A DNA stretch of 64,000 nt from Hydrurus foetidus (lineage: Eukaryota). Under the pieces are notes generated by a model. It saw only the letters and a program-made list of their open reading frames with translations, was not told the origin of the DNA and made no database searches. The stretch covers positions 1,798,001-1,862,000 of the forward strand of contig UYFQ01000001.1 of NCBI GenBank assembly GCA_900617105.1. Reading direction: 5' to 3'. The translations under genes were made by a program, and so were the position numbers. How positions within the stretch are numbered: the first letter of the stretch is position 1; every line of letters begins with the position of its first letter. Positions 43,457 to 52,762 of this stretch are shown one piece after another.

Positions 43457-44497
43457 TCAGGACACAGCCTGCAAACTCCAGCGCGGCAAAACGTCGAAAG
43501 TGTAGCCGCCTCGCAATGTCTCCAGCCCCGCTTGCAACCGCATACCCGCAGCGAGCGCAATCATCGCGCCGTTGTCGGTACACAAACGCAGCTCAGGGTA
43601 ATGCACACGAATACCGCGCTTGCCGCAAGCGGCATTCAGCTCGCTGCGCAGCAATGCGTTGGCTCCCACGCCGCCCGCCACCACCAGCCGTGTCAAGCCC
43701 GTCTGCGCCATTGCTGCCATTGCTGCCATTGATTTTTTCACCAGCACATCAACGATAGCTGCCTGCGTAGACGCGGCCAAATCGGCCTTGCGCGCTTGCA
43801 GCTCATCACCCAGTTTTTTAGCCTGCGTCATGACCGCTGTTTTCAAACCCGCAAATGAAAAATCAAGGTTGCCGCTGTGCAGCAGTGGTCGCGGCAGCTT
43901 GAAAGCGGCCCCATCACCGCCTTCAGCCAGCTTGGCCAAGTGCGGCCCGCCGGGGTAAGGCAAGCCCATCAGCTTGGCCGATTTGTCAAACGCCTCGCCA
44001 GCGGCGTCGTCAATGCTTTCGCCCAGCAGCTCGTAGCTGCCCACGCGGTCAACCCGCATCAGCTGTGTGTGACCACCTGATACCAGCAGCGCCACAAAGG
44101 GAAACTCTGGCGGATCAGCGCTTAAAAAAGGTGACAGCAAATGCCCTTCCAGGTGGTGCACGCCCATCACCGGTCTGCCCAGCGCTGCGGCCATGGCACA
44201 GGCCACTCCCGCCCCTACCAGCAGCGCACCAGCGAGGCCAGGGCCGCGCGTGTAGGCGATCACGTCAACGTCTTTCAAGCTTTTGCCAGACTCCGCTAGC
44301 ACCTGTTCAGTCAAAGGCAACACCCGCTGAATATGGTCGCGGCTTGCCAGTTCGGGCACGACACCGCCGTAAGCCTGGTGCATCTCGATCTGACTGAAAA
44401 GCGCATGCGAGAGCAACCGGGGCACAGCCTGACCAGAACAATCAACCAGCGCCACGCCGGTCTCGTCACAACTGGATTCAAAACCTAAAACAATCAT
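43457..44497 (-). CDS. tsaD: tRNA N6-threonylcarbamoyladenosine synthesis protein TsaD
   Basis: [50 protein letters not shown]. Confidence 0.97.
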   Translation of the reverse strand: MIVLGFESSCDETGVALVDCSGQAVPRLLSHALFSQIEMHQAYGGVVPELASRDHIQRVLPLTEQVLAESGKSLKDVDVIAYTRGPGLAGALLVGAGVACAMAAALGRPVMGVHHLEGHLLSPFLSADPPEFPFVALLVSGGHTQLMRVDRVGSYELLGESIDDAAGEAFDKSAKLMGLPYPGGPHLAKLAEGGDGAAFKLPRPLLHSGNLDFSFAGLKTAVMTQAKKLGDELQARKADLAASTQAAIVDVLVKKSMAAMAAMAQTGLTRLVVAGGVGANALLRSELNAACGKRGIRVHYPELRLCTDNGAMIALAAGMRLQAGLETLRGGYTFDVLPRWSLQAVS

Positions 44498-44524
44498 GTG
44501 GACAGTGTAAAGGCCGCGACTTTT

Positions 44525-45949
44525 TCAAGGCGCTGATGCCAACGTCTTCCGCACTTTTGCCACCTCTGCGGGCGACACCGCCGGTGTCCGGTTGCCCCAA
44601 CTGCTGCGCACAAAGGTCAATACATCGGCCACGTTGTTGTCGCTCAGTCGCCAGTCCAGGCCCGGCATGGCCAACCTTGACGGCGCGGCTGCTGTGCCCG
44701 GCATGTTGGCGCCTTGCAGCACGATGCGAATCAACGATGTCGGGTTGTCAGCAGCCACGGTGCTGCTTTGCGCAAGAGATGGGAAGGCCAGGCTCGCGCC
44801 CTTGCCGCTGGTCTGATGGCAACCTGCGCAATTGTTTAAGTACACCAGCGCACCGGGCTGCGTGGCTTGGCCGCTGCGCAGCGCCAAGGCAGTGAGGCTG
44901 CTGGTTTGCGGGGCAAGGGCAACACGTTCATTGGTAGCAGAGTCATCGCCGAGCGATTTCAAATACACAGCAATCGACGTCAAATCAGGAACGGTCATGT
45001 GCTGGGTGCTGTTGCCCACCACCTCAGCCATCGCGCCGAAGGCAGAGGTGTGCGCGCTGCGGCCTGTCTTTAAATAGTCGACCAAGTCTTTTTGCGTCCA
45101 ACTGTTTAAACCCGACTGTCCGTCACCTGTAGTGCGCAGGCTTTGTGCGAACCATCCGTCAATCACCGCGCCCGCTAAAAATTTGCCGCCTCCTTTTTCA
45201 TTGGTCGCTTTTTCTGCCCCAGCTAGATTGCGTGGTGTGTGGCAAGCACCGCAGTGGCCCAGGCTTTGCACCAAATAGGCACCGCGATTCCATTGGGCGT
45301 CACGTGCGGAGTCAAGCGTGTAGCCGGGTTTGGGCAAATACAGCCAGTTCCATGCTTTTACCAGCCAACGCATGCTGAGAGGCCAGGCCAGATTCGTCTC
45401 GGCATTAGTCTGCACCACGGGTGCGATACCTAATGTGAAGTACGCGTACAGCGCCGCCAGGTCAGCATCAGACAGGCGTGCATAGTTGGCATACGGCATG
45501 GCTGGGTAAATGTTGTGGCCAGTTTCTGTAAGTCCCTCCCGCATCAGGCGGTTGAACAGCGCCGGGGTGTACTCGCCCATCACGCCTGTTTTGCCGTTGG
45601 TGGTGTTAGGCGTGATGTTGGTAGAGACGATGACGCCAAACGGTGTTTTAAGCGGCAAGCCGCCCGCAAACGGCGCGCCGCCAGGCCGGGTGTGGCAGCC
45701 AATGCAGTCACCAGCTCTGGCCAAGTACTGGCCCTGCCTGACGAGCGGGTTGTCAGCGTTGAGCAGCGCAGGCTCTTGAATCGGCATCGTGATTTTGCCG
45801 CCCGTGGCAAACGGCGGGGCGGCATAAAACTTTTCAGCTACTGACTCGCGAGTGAGCTGCGCAAGTGCTATTTGAGGATAAAAACACACCATAGCCCAAT
45901 AAATCAGGGCGTAGACAGCTCCTTTTTTAATAGTGATGGGTCTGGTCAC
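44525..45949 (-). CDS. tri-haem cytochrome c subunit of gluconate 2-dehydrogenase-type complex
   Basis: CIGCH, CGACH, CAGCH; YPAMPY; GTG 45949 overlaps the flavoprotein stop. Confidence 0.9.
   Translation of the reverse strand: MTRPITIKKGAVYALIYWAMVCFYPQIALAQLTRESVAEKFYAAPPFATGGKITMPIQEPALLNADNPLVRQGQYLARAGDCIGCHTRPGGAPFAGGLPLKTPFGVIVSTNITPNTTNGKTGVMGEYTPALFNRLMREGLTETGHNIYPAMPYANYARLSDADLAALYAYFTLGIAPVVQTNAETNLAWPLSMRWLVKAWNWLYLPKPGYTLDSARDAQWNRGAYLVQSLGHCGACHTPRNLAGAEKATNEKGGGKFLAGAVIDGWFAQSLRTTGDGQSGLNSWTQKDLVDYLKTGRSAHTSAFGAMAEVVGNSTQHMTVPDLTSIAVYLKSLGDDSATNERVALAPQTSSLTALALRSGQATQPGALVYLNNCAGCHQTSGKGASLAFPSLAQSSTVAADNPTSLIRIVLQGANMPGTAAAPSRLAMPGLDWRLSDNNVADVLTFVRSSWGNRTPAVSPAEVAKVRKTLASAP
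45894..45934 (-). repeat. 41-bp-core dispersed repeat, copy 9 (encodes cytochrome c signal peptide)
   Basis: Reverse complement ACT-ATTAAAAAAGG-AGC-TGTCTAC-GCC-CTGATTTATTG-GGC. Confidence 0.85.
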
Positions 45950-47718
45950 GCCAGCGCCCCAGGTTTTTTTAGATACTGCTCGCGTATTGCCTTGGCGGCC
46001 CAATACGTCAGCGCTGCCACCGTGCCTGTGGGGTTGTAGCCAAAGTTGTGCTGAAACGCACTCGCCCCCATCACAAACACGTTGGGAACGTCCCATACCT
46101 GAAGGTAGCGATTAACAGCGCTAGTGGCGCGGTCGGTGCCCATGGGCGCGCCGCCGGTGTTGTGGGTTGACTGGTAAGCGCGCAGATCGTAATGGTCGCC
46201 GGGCTTTTTCATGTTCACTTTGACCTCGCGCGGGCCCATGGCTTTGGCGATTTCTGCCGCCTTGCCCACCACAAACTGCGTCATGGCCATTTCATTGGCC
46301 TTCCAGTCAAACGTCATTCGTAAAAGAGGCATCCCGTACACGTCTTTGTACGTCGGGTCCAGGTCCAGGTAGTTTTCCCGGTGCGGCATGACTGAGCCTT
46401 GCGTGCCGACACTGGCGGTGGTCAGATAGTTGTCTTTGATGCCGCGCTTCCACCCCGCGCCCCATGCGGGCACGCCGGTGGGCAAGCTCATTTGCTGAAT
46501 TGGCCGGCCGCCAGTGTTGATGCAGCTGATGCTGGCCCCGCCGACAAAACCCAACGGACCATGGTCAAAGTTGTCGCCATCAAAATCATCAACCACGCTG
46601 CCGCTGGCCCCAGCGCCTACAAACGGATTCATCGGCTGGTCAGCGTTATAAAAAAGCGACACGCCGCCAAGCATTTGGTAGGCATAGTTGCGGCCGATCA
46701 CGCCTGTGCCGGTGGCTGGGTCATACGGCTTGCCGATTTTTGAAAGCAACAGCAAACGCACATTGTGAAATTGGTAAGCGCACAACACCACCAGGTCGGC
46801 GGGCTGCTCAATCTCATTGCCTTGCGCGTCAATGTAGGTCACGCCTGTGGCCTGTTTGCCGTCTGGTGCCATGTTGACGCGAATCACGTGGCTTTTGACC
46901 CGCAGCTCAAAGTTGGGCCGCTGCATGAGCGTGGGCAGCAGCGTGGTTTGCGGCGTTGCCTTTGAATAGTTGTAGCAGCCATAGCGCTCGCAAAAGCCGC
47001 AAAAATTGCACGGCCCCAGCTGTGCCCCGTACGGGTTGGTGTAGGCGCGTGATGCATTGGCCGAGGCTTGGGCAAACGGGTGCAGGCCCAAGTCGCGAGC
47101 GGCTTTGTCGAACAGCAGCGCACTGTTCAAGGCGGCCATCGGCGGCAGCGGGAATTCATTGGCACGGGGCCCTTCAAACGGGTTGCCGCTGCTTTGCAGC
47201 ACACCTTTTAAATTACCTGCTTTGCCCGACATGCCGCAAATTTTTTCAAACGTGTCAAAGTGCGGTTCCAGTTCGTCGTAGCTCACGCCCCAGTCTTCCA
47301 GCTGCATGCCGTCGGGGATAAACTTTTTGCCATAGCGCTCTATATAGCGGCTTTTGATCCGCAAGTCATCAGGCAACGCACGCCAGTTTTGACCATTCCA
47401 GTGCACGCCTGCGCCGCCCACGCCATCCCCCGGCAAAAATGAGCCGAGCTGGCGGTACGGCACGGCCACATCTGCTGGTGCATGGCGCACGGTGATGGTT
47501 TCTTTGGCCAGATTTTGAAACAGCTTGCCGCGTATACCGTAGCTCAACTCGTCGGTGTTGCGAGGGTAGGCAAAGTCTGGCACGGTGTCACGCGCTGCGC
47601 CGCGCTCGAGCGCCAGCACGTTCAAGCCGGCGGCGGTGAGCTCCATCCCCATGATGGCGCCTGTCCAGCCGAATCCGACCAACACCGCATCGACTTTTGG
47701 TTTTTTAATGTTGGCCAT
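45946..47718 (-). CDS. GMC flavoprotein, gluconate 2-dehydrogenase alpha subunit
   Basis: VGFGWTG, GVGGAGVHW (covalent FAD His), CNFCGFC, YQSTHNTGG, NPTGT. Confidence 0.9.
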   Translation of the reverse strand: MANIKKPKVDAVLVGFGWTGAIMGMELTAAGLNVLALERGAARDTVPDFAYPRNTDELSYGIRGKLFQNLAKETITVRHAPADVAVPYRQLGSFLPGDGVGGAGVHWNGQNWRALPDDLRIKSRYIERYGKKFIPDGMQLEDWGVSYDELEPHFDTFEKICGMSGKAGNLKGVLQSSGNPFEGPRANEFPLPPMAALNSALLFDKAARDLGLHPFAQASANASRAYTNPYGAQLGPCNFCGFCERYGCYNYSKATPQTTLLPTLMQRPNFELRVKSHVIRVNMAPDGKQATGVTYIDAQGNEIEQPADLVVLCAYQFHNVRLLLLSKIGKPYDPATGTGVIGRNYAYQMLGGVSLFYNADQPMNPFVGAGASGSVVDDFDGDNFDHGPLGFVGGASISCINTGGRPIQQMSLPTGVPAWGAGWKRGIKDNYLTTASVGTQGSVMPHRENYLDLDPTYKDVYGMPLLRMTFDWKANEMAMTQFVVGKAAEIAKAMGPREVKVNMKKPGDHYDLRAYQSTHNTGGAPMGTDRATSAVNRYLQVWDVPNVFVMGASAFQHNFGYNPTGTVAALTYWAAKAIREQYLKKPGALA

Positions 47719-47721
47719 GAT

Positions 47722-48453
47722 TTAACCTTGCGGACCGTTGATCGACACAGGCGGCAAGGGGTATTTTTCGCCCGGCCTGCCCACCCAATCTGCAAAGTCA
47801 GCCCGTGCACCGGGAAAGCCAATCATGGCCCACGACGCCGCATTTTTATTGCCGCCGTGGATTGGGTCGCTCAGGTAGCCCTCTTTGGTGTTTTGCAGCA
47901 AGAAGTTAAAAAAGGTTTTGCTCGATGTGCCGTCAAACTCCAACGTGCCGGCCTCGGCCAATTTCAAAGTGGCGTCCTGATTGGCCGTGTCCAGCTCGGC
48001 AAAGGTTTTGCCACTGAAGGTGGTTTTGCAGTAGTTGTTCATCGCGGCAATGCCGGCGCGGTACACATCCCGCGGGGCCAAAGCCGCCTGGTAGCCAAAT
48101 TCGGGCAGGGATGGGGTGAATGGCCCTTGCATGTACCAAATGGCCGCGTAGCCAAAAACGGCCTCCATCTGGCGGTCAATAAACTCAGGTACGCCCGCTT
48201 CAATCGCGCCCGGTCCCAGGTCATCGCTGGGGATCAACCGGGCGACTGCGGCCGCAATAAAGGCCCATTCATCCTGATGAAAATACACCGGGGTGTACGT
48301 CAAACTGCCCCTCAAACTGGCCGCTTGGCTTGGCGCATTTGCAGCGCCTGCCGAATTGACTGGCTGAGTTTGCGCAATGCCTGCCAGCGCCACCACAGGA
48401 ACAATCGCAATCGATCGCCTTAAAAACCAGCGCCTCGCGTTGTCCTTGATCAT
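47722..48453 (-). CDS. gluconate 2-dehydrogenase subunit 3 (Tat-exported small subunit)
   Basis: ARRWFL twin-arginine signal; RLIP.D..GPGA.EAGVPEFIDRQ; DPIHGGN...W.MIGFPGAR. Confidence 0.88.
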   Translation of the reverse strand: MIKDNARRWFLRRSIAIVPVVALAGIAQTQPVNSAGAANAPSQAASLRGSLTYTPVYFHQDEWAFIAAAVARLIPSDDLGPGAIEAGVPEFIDRQMEAVFGYAAIWYMQGPFTPSLPEFGYQAALAPRDVYRAGIAAMNNYCKTTFSGKTFAELDTANQDATLKLAEAGTLEFDGTSSKTFFNFLLQNTKEGYLSDPIHGGNKNAASWAMIGFPGARADFADWVGRPGEKYPLPPVSINGPQG

Positions 48454-48576
48454 CAACTTTTCGTGCGGGTTGTGCGGTGGGTCGGCGTTTGGCATGACTC
48501 ATGGTGTCTGCGCGGTGCAAGGCGCGAAGTCAGCCAACAGGCAGTCCGTTTGTAGGTCAGTCACCTCACGCCATTC

Positions 48577-48592
48577 AGGCGCGAATCTTGCA
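48577..48592 (+). promoter_or_regulatory. sigma54 promoter of nasT
   Basis: AGGCGC-GAATC-TTGCA (GG-N10-GC). Confidence 0.6.
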
Positions 48593-48602
48593 CTTACAGG
48601 CC

Positions 48603-49235
48603 ATGACCCCGTCACAATCGTTGCGCCTCGTTGTAATCGCACCAGATCTGGCTGAAGCAGATGGTGACGACGAGCGCGCCGTAGCGCTGGCGGAACGCTC
48701 CCGCCAGTTGCGCATTGGCCTGCTGGAGAACAACTACAACCTGATTGCCGTGCTGCCAGCCGACAGCTTTTTAGAGCAGCGCATCGCGCAACTTCAGCCC
48801 GACATGGTGATTGTTGACGCTGAAAGCGACGCACGCGATGCGCTGGAACACGTGGTGATGGCCACCCGCGACGCCCGCCGCCCGATCGTGATGTTTACCA
48901 ATGACAACGACACCACCCATGTCAAAGATGCGGTGGCCGCCGGTGTGTCGGCTTACATCGTGGCCGGGTTGTCACCTGACCGAATTCGCCCGATTCTCGA
49001 TGTCGCCATCGCCCGGTTTGAACACGAACAGGGCTTGCGCTCCGAGCTGGCGCATGCCAAGTCTGAGCTGCAAGACCGCAAGGTGATTGACCGCGCCAAA
49101 GGCCTGCTGATGCAGCGCCAGGCGCTGACTGAAGACGCCGCATTTGCCAAGCTGCGCAAAGCCGCCATGGACAAAGGCCTGCGCATGGGTGAGGTCGCAC
49201 AGCGCATGCTGGACGCAGCAGACCTGCTGGGCTAA
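48603..49235 (+). CDS. nasT: ANTAR-domain response regulator / antiterminator
   Basis: Receiver-like domain plus ANTAR motif RKVIDRAKGLLM...EDAAFAKLRKAAMD; upstream of nitrate transport genes. Confidence 0.88.
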   Translation: MTPSQSLRLVVIAPDLAEADGDDERAVALAERSRQLRIGLLENNYNLIAVLPADSFLEQRIAQLQPDMVIVDAESDARDALEHVVMATRDARRPIVMFTNDNDTTHVKDAVAAGVSAYIVAGLSPDRIRPILDVAIARFEHEQGLRSELAHAKSELQDRKVIDRAKGLLMQRQALTEDAAFAKLRKAAMDKGLRMGEVAQRMLDAADLLG

Positions 49236-49280
49236 CGGGTCGAACATTCGTGCGCCTAGTAAAAACCCTTGTTGGTGCAT

Positions 49281-49297
49281 TGCACGAATACAGTGCG
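49281..49297. promoter_or_regulatory. NtrC-type enhancer site
   Basis: TGCACGAATACAGTGCG resembles TGCACC-N5-GGTGCA; an adjacent TGGTGCA half-site lies at 49273-79; ~140 bp upstream of a sigma54 promoter. Confidence 0.55.
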
Positions 49298-49330
49298 GCG
49301 CAGATGTTTTGCAGCCACTGCCGCTCGCAC

Positions 49331-49371
49331 ACTCCTGATTTAGGAGCTGCTCGCGCCCGTTTTCATTGGGC
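49331..49371 (+). repeat. 41-bp-core dispersed repeat, copy 10 (between NtrC site and sigma54 promoter)
   Basis: ACT-CCTGATTTAGG-AGC-TGCTCGC-GCC-CGTTTTCATTG-GGC then TACAG. Confidence 0.93.
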
Positions 49372-49433
49372 TACAGCACGATTTATACCATTTAAACGTG
49401 TTTTTAGCAATTAAAGAAGCGCGTAAATCAATC

Positions 49434-49448
49434 TGGCACGGCTTTTGC
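49434..49448 (+). promoter_or_regulatory. sigma54 promoter of nitrate ABC operon
   Basis: TGGCAC-GGCTT-TTGC, consensus -24/-12. Confidence 0.88.
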
Positions 49449-49464
49449 TGAGTAGCATGTGTAA

Positions 49465-49572
49465 AGACCAGCACTTCAATGGCGAAGTGTTCTGGTCTGA
49501 AGAACAAAGGCGTTCGTATCCTGCTTTCACGCATGACGTGATTTCAGTGGTCGAACGCCTTTTTTGTTTTTT
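49465..49572 (+). ncRNA. ANTAR (NasT)-responsive leader RNA: two hairpins plus overlapping intrinsic terminator
   Basis: Hairpin 1 CACTT-CAATGGCG-AAGTG; hairpin 2 GAA-CAAAGGCG-TTC; terminator AAAGGCGTTCG (49506-16) / CGAACGCCTTT (49552-62) plus U-tract. Confidence 0.85.
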
Positions 49573-49625
49573 ACTTGAAAAACCTGTTTTTAACATTTGT
49601 TTTTAACTTGCCCAGGAGACTTTGA

Positions 49626-50882
49626 ATGACTGAATTGATCAAATCGTCACCCACCAGCAACATCAGCCGCCGCAGCGTGCTACAGGCCGCAACCGTCGGG
49701 GTGGTGGGCATCAGCCCTGCCCTGCGTGCCGCGGTGTATGCCCAGGGCTCCGATGCACCTGAAAAGAAAGAGGTCAAGATTGGCTTTATTCCGCTGACCG
49801 ACTGCGCATCCGTGGTGATGGCGTCGGTGCTGGGCTTTGACAAAAAATACGGCGTGACCATCGTCCCGACCAAAGAAGCCAGCTGGGCCGGTGTGCGCGA
49901 CAAGCTGGTCAGCGGTGAACTTGACTTTGCCCATTCGCTGTACGGCCTGATTTACGGCGTGCACGCAGGCACGGCAGGCCCGAAAAAAGACATGGCTGTC
50001 TTGATGACGCTTAACAACAATGGTCAGGCGATTTCGCTCAGCAAAAAACTGGCCGACAAAGGCGCGGTGGATGGACCATCCCTTGCCAAGCTGATGAAAG
50101 CCGAAAAACGCGAGTACACCTTTGCGCAGACATTCCCTACCGGCACGCACGCCATGTGGCTGTACTACTGGATGGCGGCCAACGGCATCAACCCGCTGAG
50201 CGATGCAAAAGTCATCACTGTGCCGCCACCGCAAATGGTGGCCAACATGCGCGTTGGCAACATGGACGGGTTTTGCGTCGGCGAGCCTTGGAACCACCGC
50301 GCCATCATCGACGGCATTGGCGTGACCGCCATCACCACACAAGACATCTGGAAAGACCACCCTGAAAAGGTGCTCGGCACCACGGCCGAGTTCGTCAAGA
50401 AAAACCCAAACACGGCACGCGCGGTGACGGCCGCGATCCTCGAAGCCAGCAAGTGGATTGATGCGAGCCTGGGCAACAAAAACAAGATGGCTGAAACCAT
50501 TGCCGACAAAAGCTATGTCAATACCAGCGTTGACGCCATCAACCAGCGCATTTTGGGCCGCTACCAAAACGGCATGGGCAAGACCTGGGACGACCCGAAC
50601 TACATGAAATTTTATGGCGACGGCGCGGTCAACTTTCCGTACCTGTCTGACGGCATGTGGTTTTTGACCCAGCACAAGCGCTGGGGTTTGATGAAAGAGC
50701 ATGTGGACTATCTGGCCATGGCCAAGCAGGTCAACCAGATTGACATTTACAAGCAAGCCGCCACGGCAGCCAAAGTCAGCGTGCCCGCCAGCCCCATGCG
50801 CAGCAGCAAGATGCTGGATGGCGTGGTGTGGGACGGCAAAGACCCGGCCAAGTACGCCGACGGCTTCAAAGTCAAAGCCTGA
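49626..50882 (+). CDS. nrtA: nitrate/nitrite ABC substrate-binding protein (NrtA/CmpA family)
   Basis: Tat signal SRRSVLQ; GFIPLTDCA, TFPTGTH, GFCVGEPW, DHPEKV. Confidence 0.9.
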   Translation: MTELIKSSPTSNISRRSVLQAATVGVVGISPALRAAVYAQGSDAPEKKEVKIGFIPLTDCASVVMASVLGFDKKYGVTIVPTKEASWAGVRDKLVSGELDFAHSLYGLIYGVHAGTAGPKKDMAVLMTLNNNGQAISLSKKLADKGAVDGPSLAKLMKAEKREYTFAQTFPTGTHAMWLYYWMAANGINPLSDAKVITVPPPQMVANMRVGNMDGFCVGEPWNHRAIIDGIGVTAITTQDIWKDHPEKVLGTTAEFVKKNPNTARAVTAAILEASKWIDASLGNKNKMAETIADKSYVNTSVDAINQRILGRYQNGMGKTWDDPNYMKFYGDGAVNFPYLSDGMWFLTQHKRWGLMKEHVDYLAMAKQVNQIDIYKQAATAAKVSVPASPMRSSKMLDGVVWDGKDPAKYADGFKVKA

Positions 50883-50906
50883 TCAACTTCAAACCAGGAG
50901 CAAGCC

Positions 50907-51848
50907 ATGGTTGCCGCTGTTTTTCATGATGTCAACGCTGCCGAAACTGGCACAGATGCTACACATTCAGTAGCTGCTCGCGCCTATAAAAAGAGGGCTA
51001 CAGCCCTAAAAGATATGCAAAACATGGCAGAAGCAGCACCGCTGGCGGTTTTCAAGCCGCTACGTGACCTGTCGTTCCTGTGGGTCAGCATCATGCCGCC
51101 TGTTCTGGGTTTGGGCTTGCTGGTACTGTTGTGGGAGTTAGTGTCACTGGGAACGGGGGCCAGCATTCCGTCGCCCAAAGACACCTTCACCCAAGCCATC
51201 AAAATTTTCAGCGACCCGTTTTACAGCAAGGGGCCGAACGACCAAGGCATTGGCTGGAACATTCTGTCGTCGCTCAAGCGCGTCGCCATGGGGTTTGGCC
51301 TGGCCGCGCTGCTTGGTATTCCGGTGGGCTTCATGATTGGCCGGTTCAAGTTTTTGAGCAGCATGTTCAACCCGCTCATCAGCCTATTGAGGCCGGTGTC
51401 GCCGCTGGCCTGGCTGCCAATTGGCCTGCTGGTGTTCAAGGGTGCCACCCCAGCGGCGATCTGGACGATTTTTATCTGTGCCATCTGGCCCATGATCATC
51501 AACACGGCGGTGGGCGTGCAGCGCGTGCCGCAAGACTACATGAACGTGGCCCGGGTGCTGAACTTGAGCGAATGGAAGATTTTTACCAAGATTTTGTTCC
51601 CCGCGGTGCTGCCGTACATGCTGACTGGCGTGCGTTTGGCAGTAGGCACGGCGTGGCTGGTGATTGTGGCGGCTGAAATGCTGACCGGCGGCGTAGGCAT
51701 TGGCTTTTGGGTGTGGGACGAGTGGAACAACCTGAACGTCAAGAACATCATCATCGCGATTTTTGTGATTGGTATTGTGGGTTTGATTCTGGAGTTTGCG
51801 TTGATCAAAATTGCCACCGCGTTTACGTTTGAAGAGGTGAAATCATGA
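50907..51848 (+). CDS. nrtB: nitrate ABC permease
   Basis: DPFY.KGPNDQGIGW, LRPVSPLAWLPIGL, WLVIVAAEML. Confidence 0.92.
   Translation: MVAAVFHDVNAAETGTDATHSVAARAYKKRATALKDMQNMAEAAPLAVFKPLRDLSFLWVSIMPPVLGLGLLVLLWELVSLGTGASIPSPKDTFTQAIKIFSDPFYSKGPNDQGIGWNILSSLKRVAMGFGLAALLGIPVGFMIGRFKFLSSMFNPLISLLRPVSPLAWLPIGLLVFKGATPAAIWTIFICAIWPMIINTAVGVQRVPQDYMNVARVLNLSEWKIFTKILFPAVLPYMLTGVRLAVGTAWLVIVAAEMLTGGVGIGFWVWDEWNNLNVKNIIIAIFVIGIVGLILEFALIKIATAFTFEEVKS
50958..50998 (+). repeat. 41-bp-core dispersed repeat, copy 11 (in frame in NrtB N-terminus)
   Basis: GCT-ACACATTCAGT-AGC-TGCTCGC-GCC-TATAAAAAGAG-GGC then TACAG. Confidence 0.88.
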
Positions 51849-52669
51849 GTTCAATCCCCGCGTCATTAGGAACCAAGTACATCGAAATCCAGGGCGTTGA
51901 ACAAACCTTCAAAACCAAAAAAGGCCCGTTCTGCGCGCTGAAAAACGTCAACCTGACGGTTGCCAAAGGCGAGTTTGTAACGCTGATTGGCCACTCGGGC
52001 TGCGGCAAGTCGACGCTGCTTAATTTGATTGCCGGTTTGACGAAACCCACTGAAGGCAGCCTGATTTGCGCCAACCGCGAAATCTCAGGGCCGGGGCCAG
52101 AGCGCTCGGTGGTGTTTCAAAACCATTCCCTGCTGCCGTGGTTGACCTGTTTTGAAAACGTCTATTTGGCGGTGGAGCGCGTTTTTAGCCAGCTTGAGAG
52201 CAAGCCTCAACTCAAAGCCCGCACTGATGCGGTGCTGGCCATGGTCGGTTTGACTGCTGCGGCGCAGAAGCGCCCTGGCGAAATCTCAGGCGGCATGAAG
52301 CAGCGCGTGGGCATTGCACGTGCCCTGTCGATGGAGCCCAAAGTGTTGCTGCTTGACGAGCCTTTTGGCGCGCTCGATGCCTTGACCCGAGCCAAGTTGC
52401 AAGACGAGCTGTTGGCCATTGTTCAAAAAACCCAAAGCACCGTGGTCATGGTGACGCACGATGTAGATGAAGCCGTGCTGCTGAGCGACCGCATCGTGAT
52501 GATGACGAACGGCCCCGCCGCCACAATTGGCGATATTGTCAGCGTCGCCCTGCCCCGCCCTAGAAACCGCGTGGCGTTGGCAGAAAGCACGCAGTACCTG
52601 AGCTACCGCAAAGCCGTGATCGACTTTTTGTACACCCGCCAAGCGCATGTAGAAAAGCTGACAGCGTAA
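51845..52669 (+). CDS. nitrate ABC ATP-binding protein (NrtC/D)
   Basis: GHSGCGKST, VFQNHSLLPW, ISGGMKQR, MMTNGPAA. Confidence 0.92.
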   Translation: MSSIPASLGTKYIEIQGVEQTFKTKKGPFCALKNVNLTVAKGEFVTLIGHSGCGKSTLLNLIAGLTKPTEGSLICANREISGPGPERSVVFQNHSLLPWLTCFENVYLAVERVFSQLESKPQLKARTDAVLAMVGLTAAAQKRPGEISGGMKQRVGIARALSMEPKVLLLDEPFGALDALTRAKLQDELLAIVQKTQSTVVMVTHDVDEAVLLSDRIVMMTNGPAATIGDIVSVALPRPRNRVALAESTQYLSYRKAVIDFLYTRQAHVEKLTA

Positions 52670-52714
52670 TAAGTTTCCGAAGTACTCGATGCAAAAGGGC
52701 TTGTAACACCGCCT

Positions 52715-52729
52715 TGGCACGAATCTCGC
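52715..52729 (+). promoter_or_regulatory. sigma54 promoter of the nitrate/nitrite MFS transporter
   Basis: TGGCAC-GAATC-TCGC (GG-N10-GC). Confidence 0.7.
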
Positions 52730-52762
52730 ACTGCTATGGTGAATCAGTCACCAAGGTAGTTC

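Noticed and set aside
47482..48423. 313-aa plus-strand ORF
   Set aside because: Antisense to the gluconate dehydrogenase subunits; a codon-bias shadow.
49680..50756. 358-aa minus-strand ORF
   Set aside because: Antisense shadow of nrtA.
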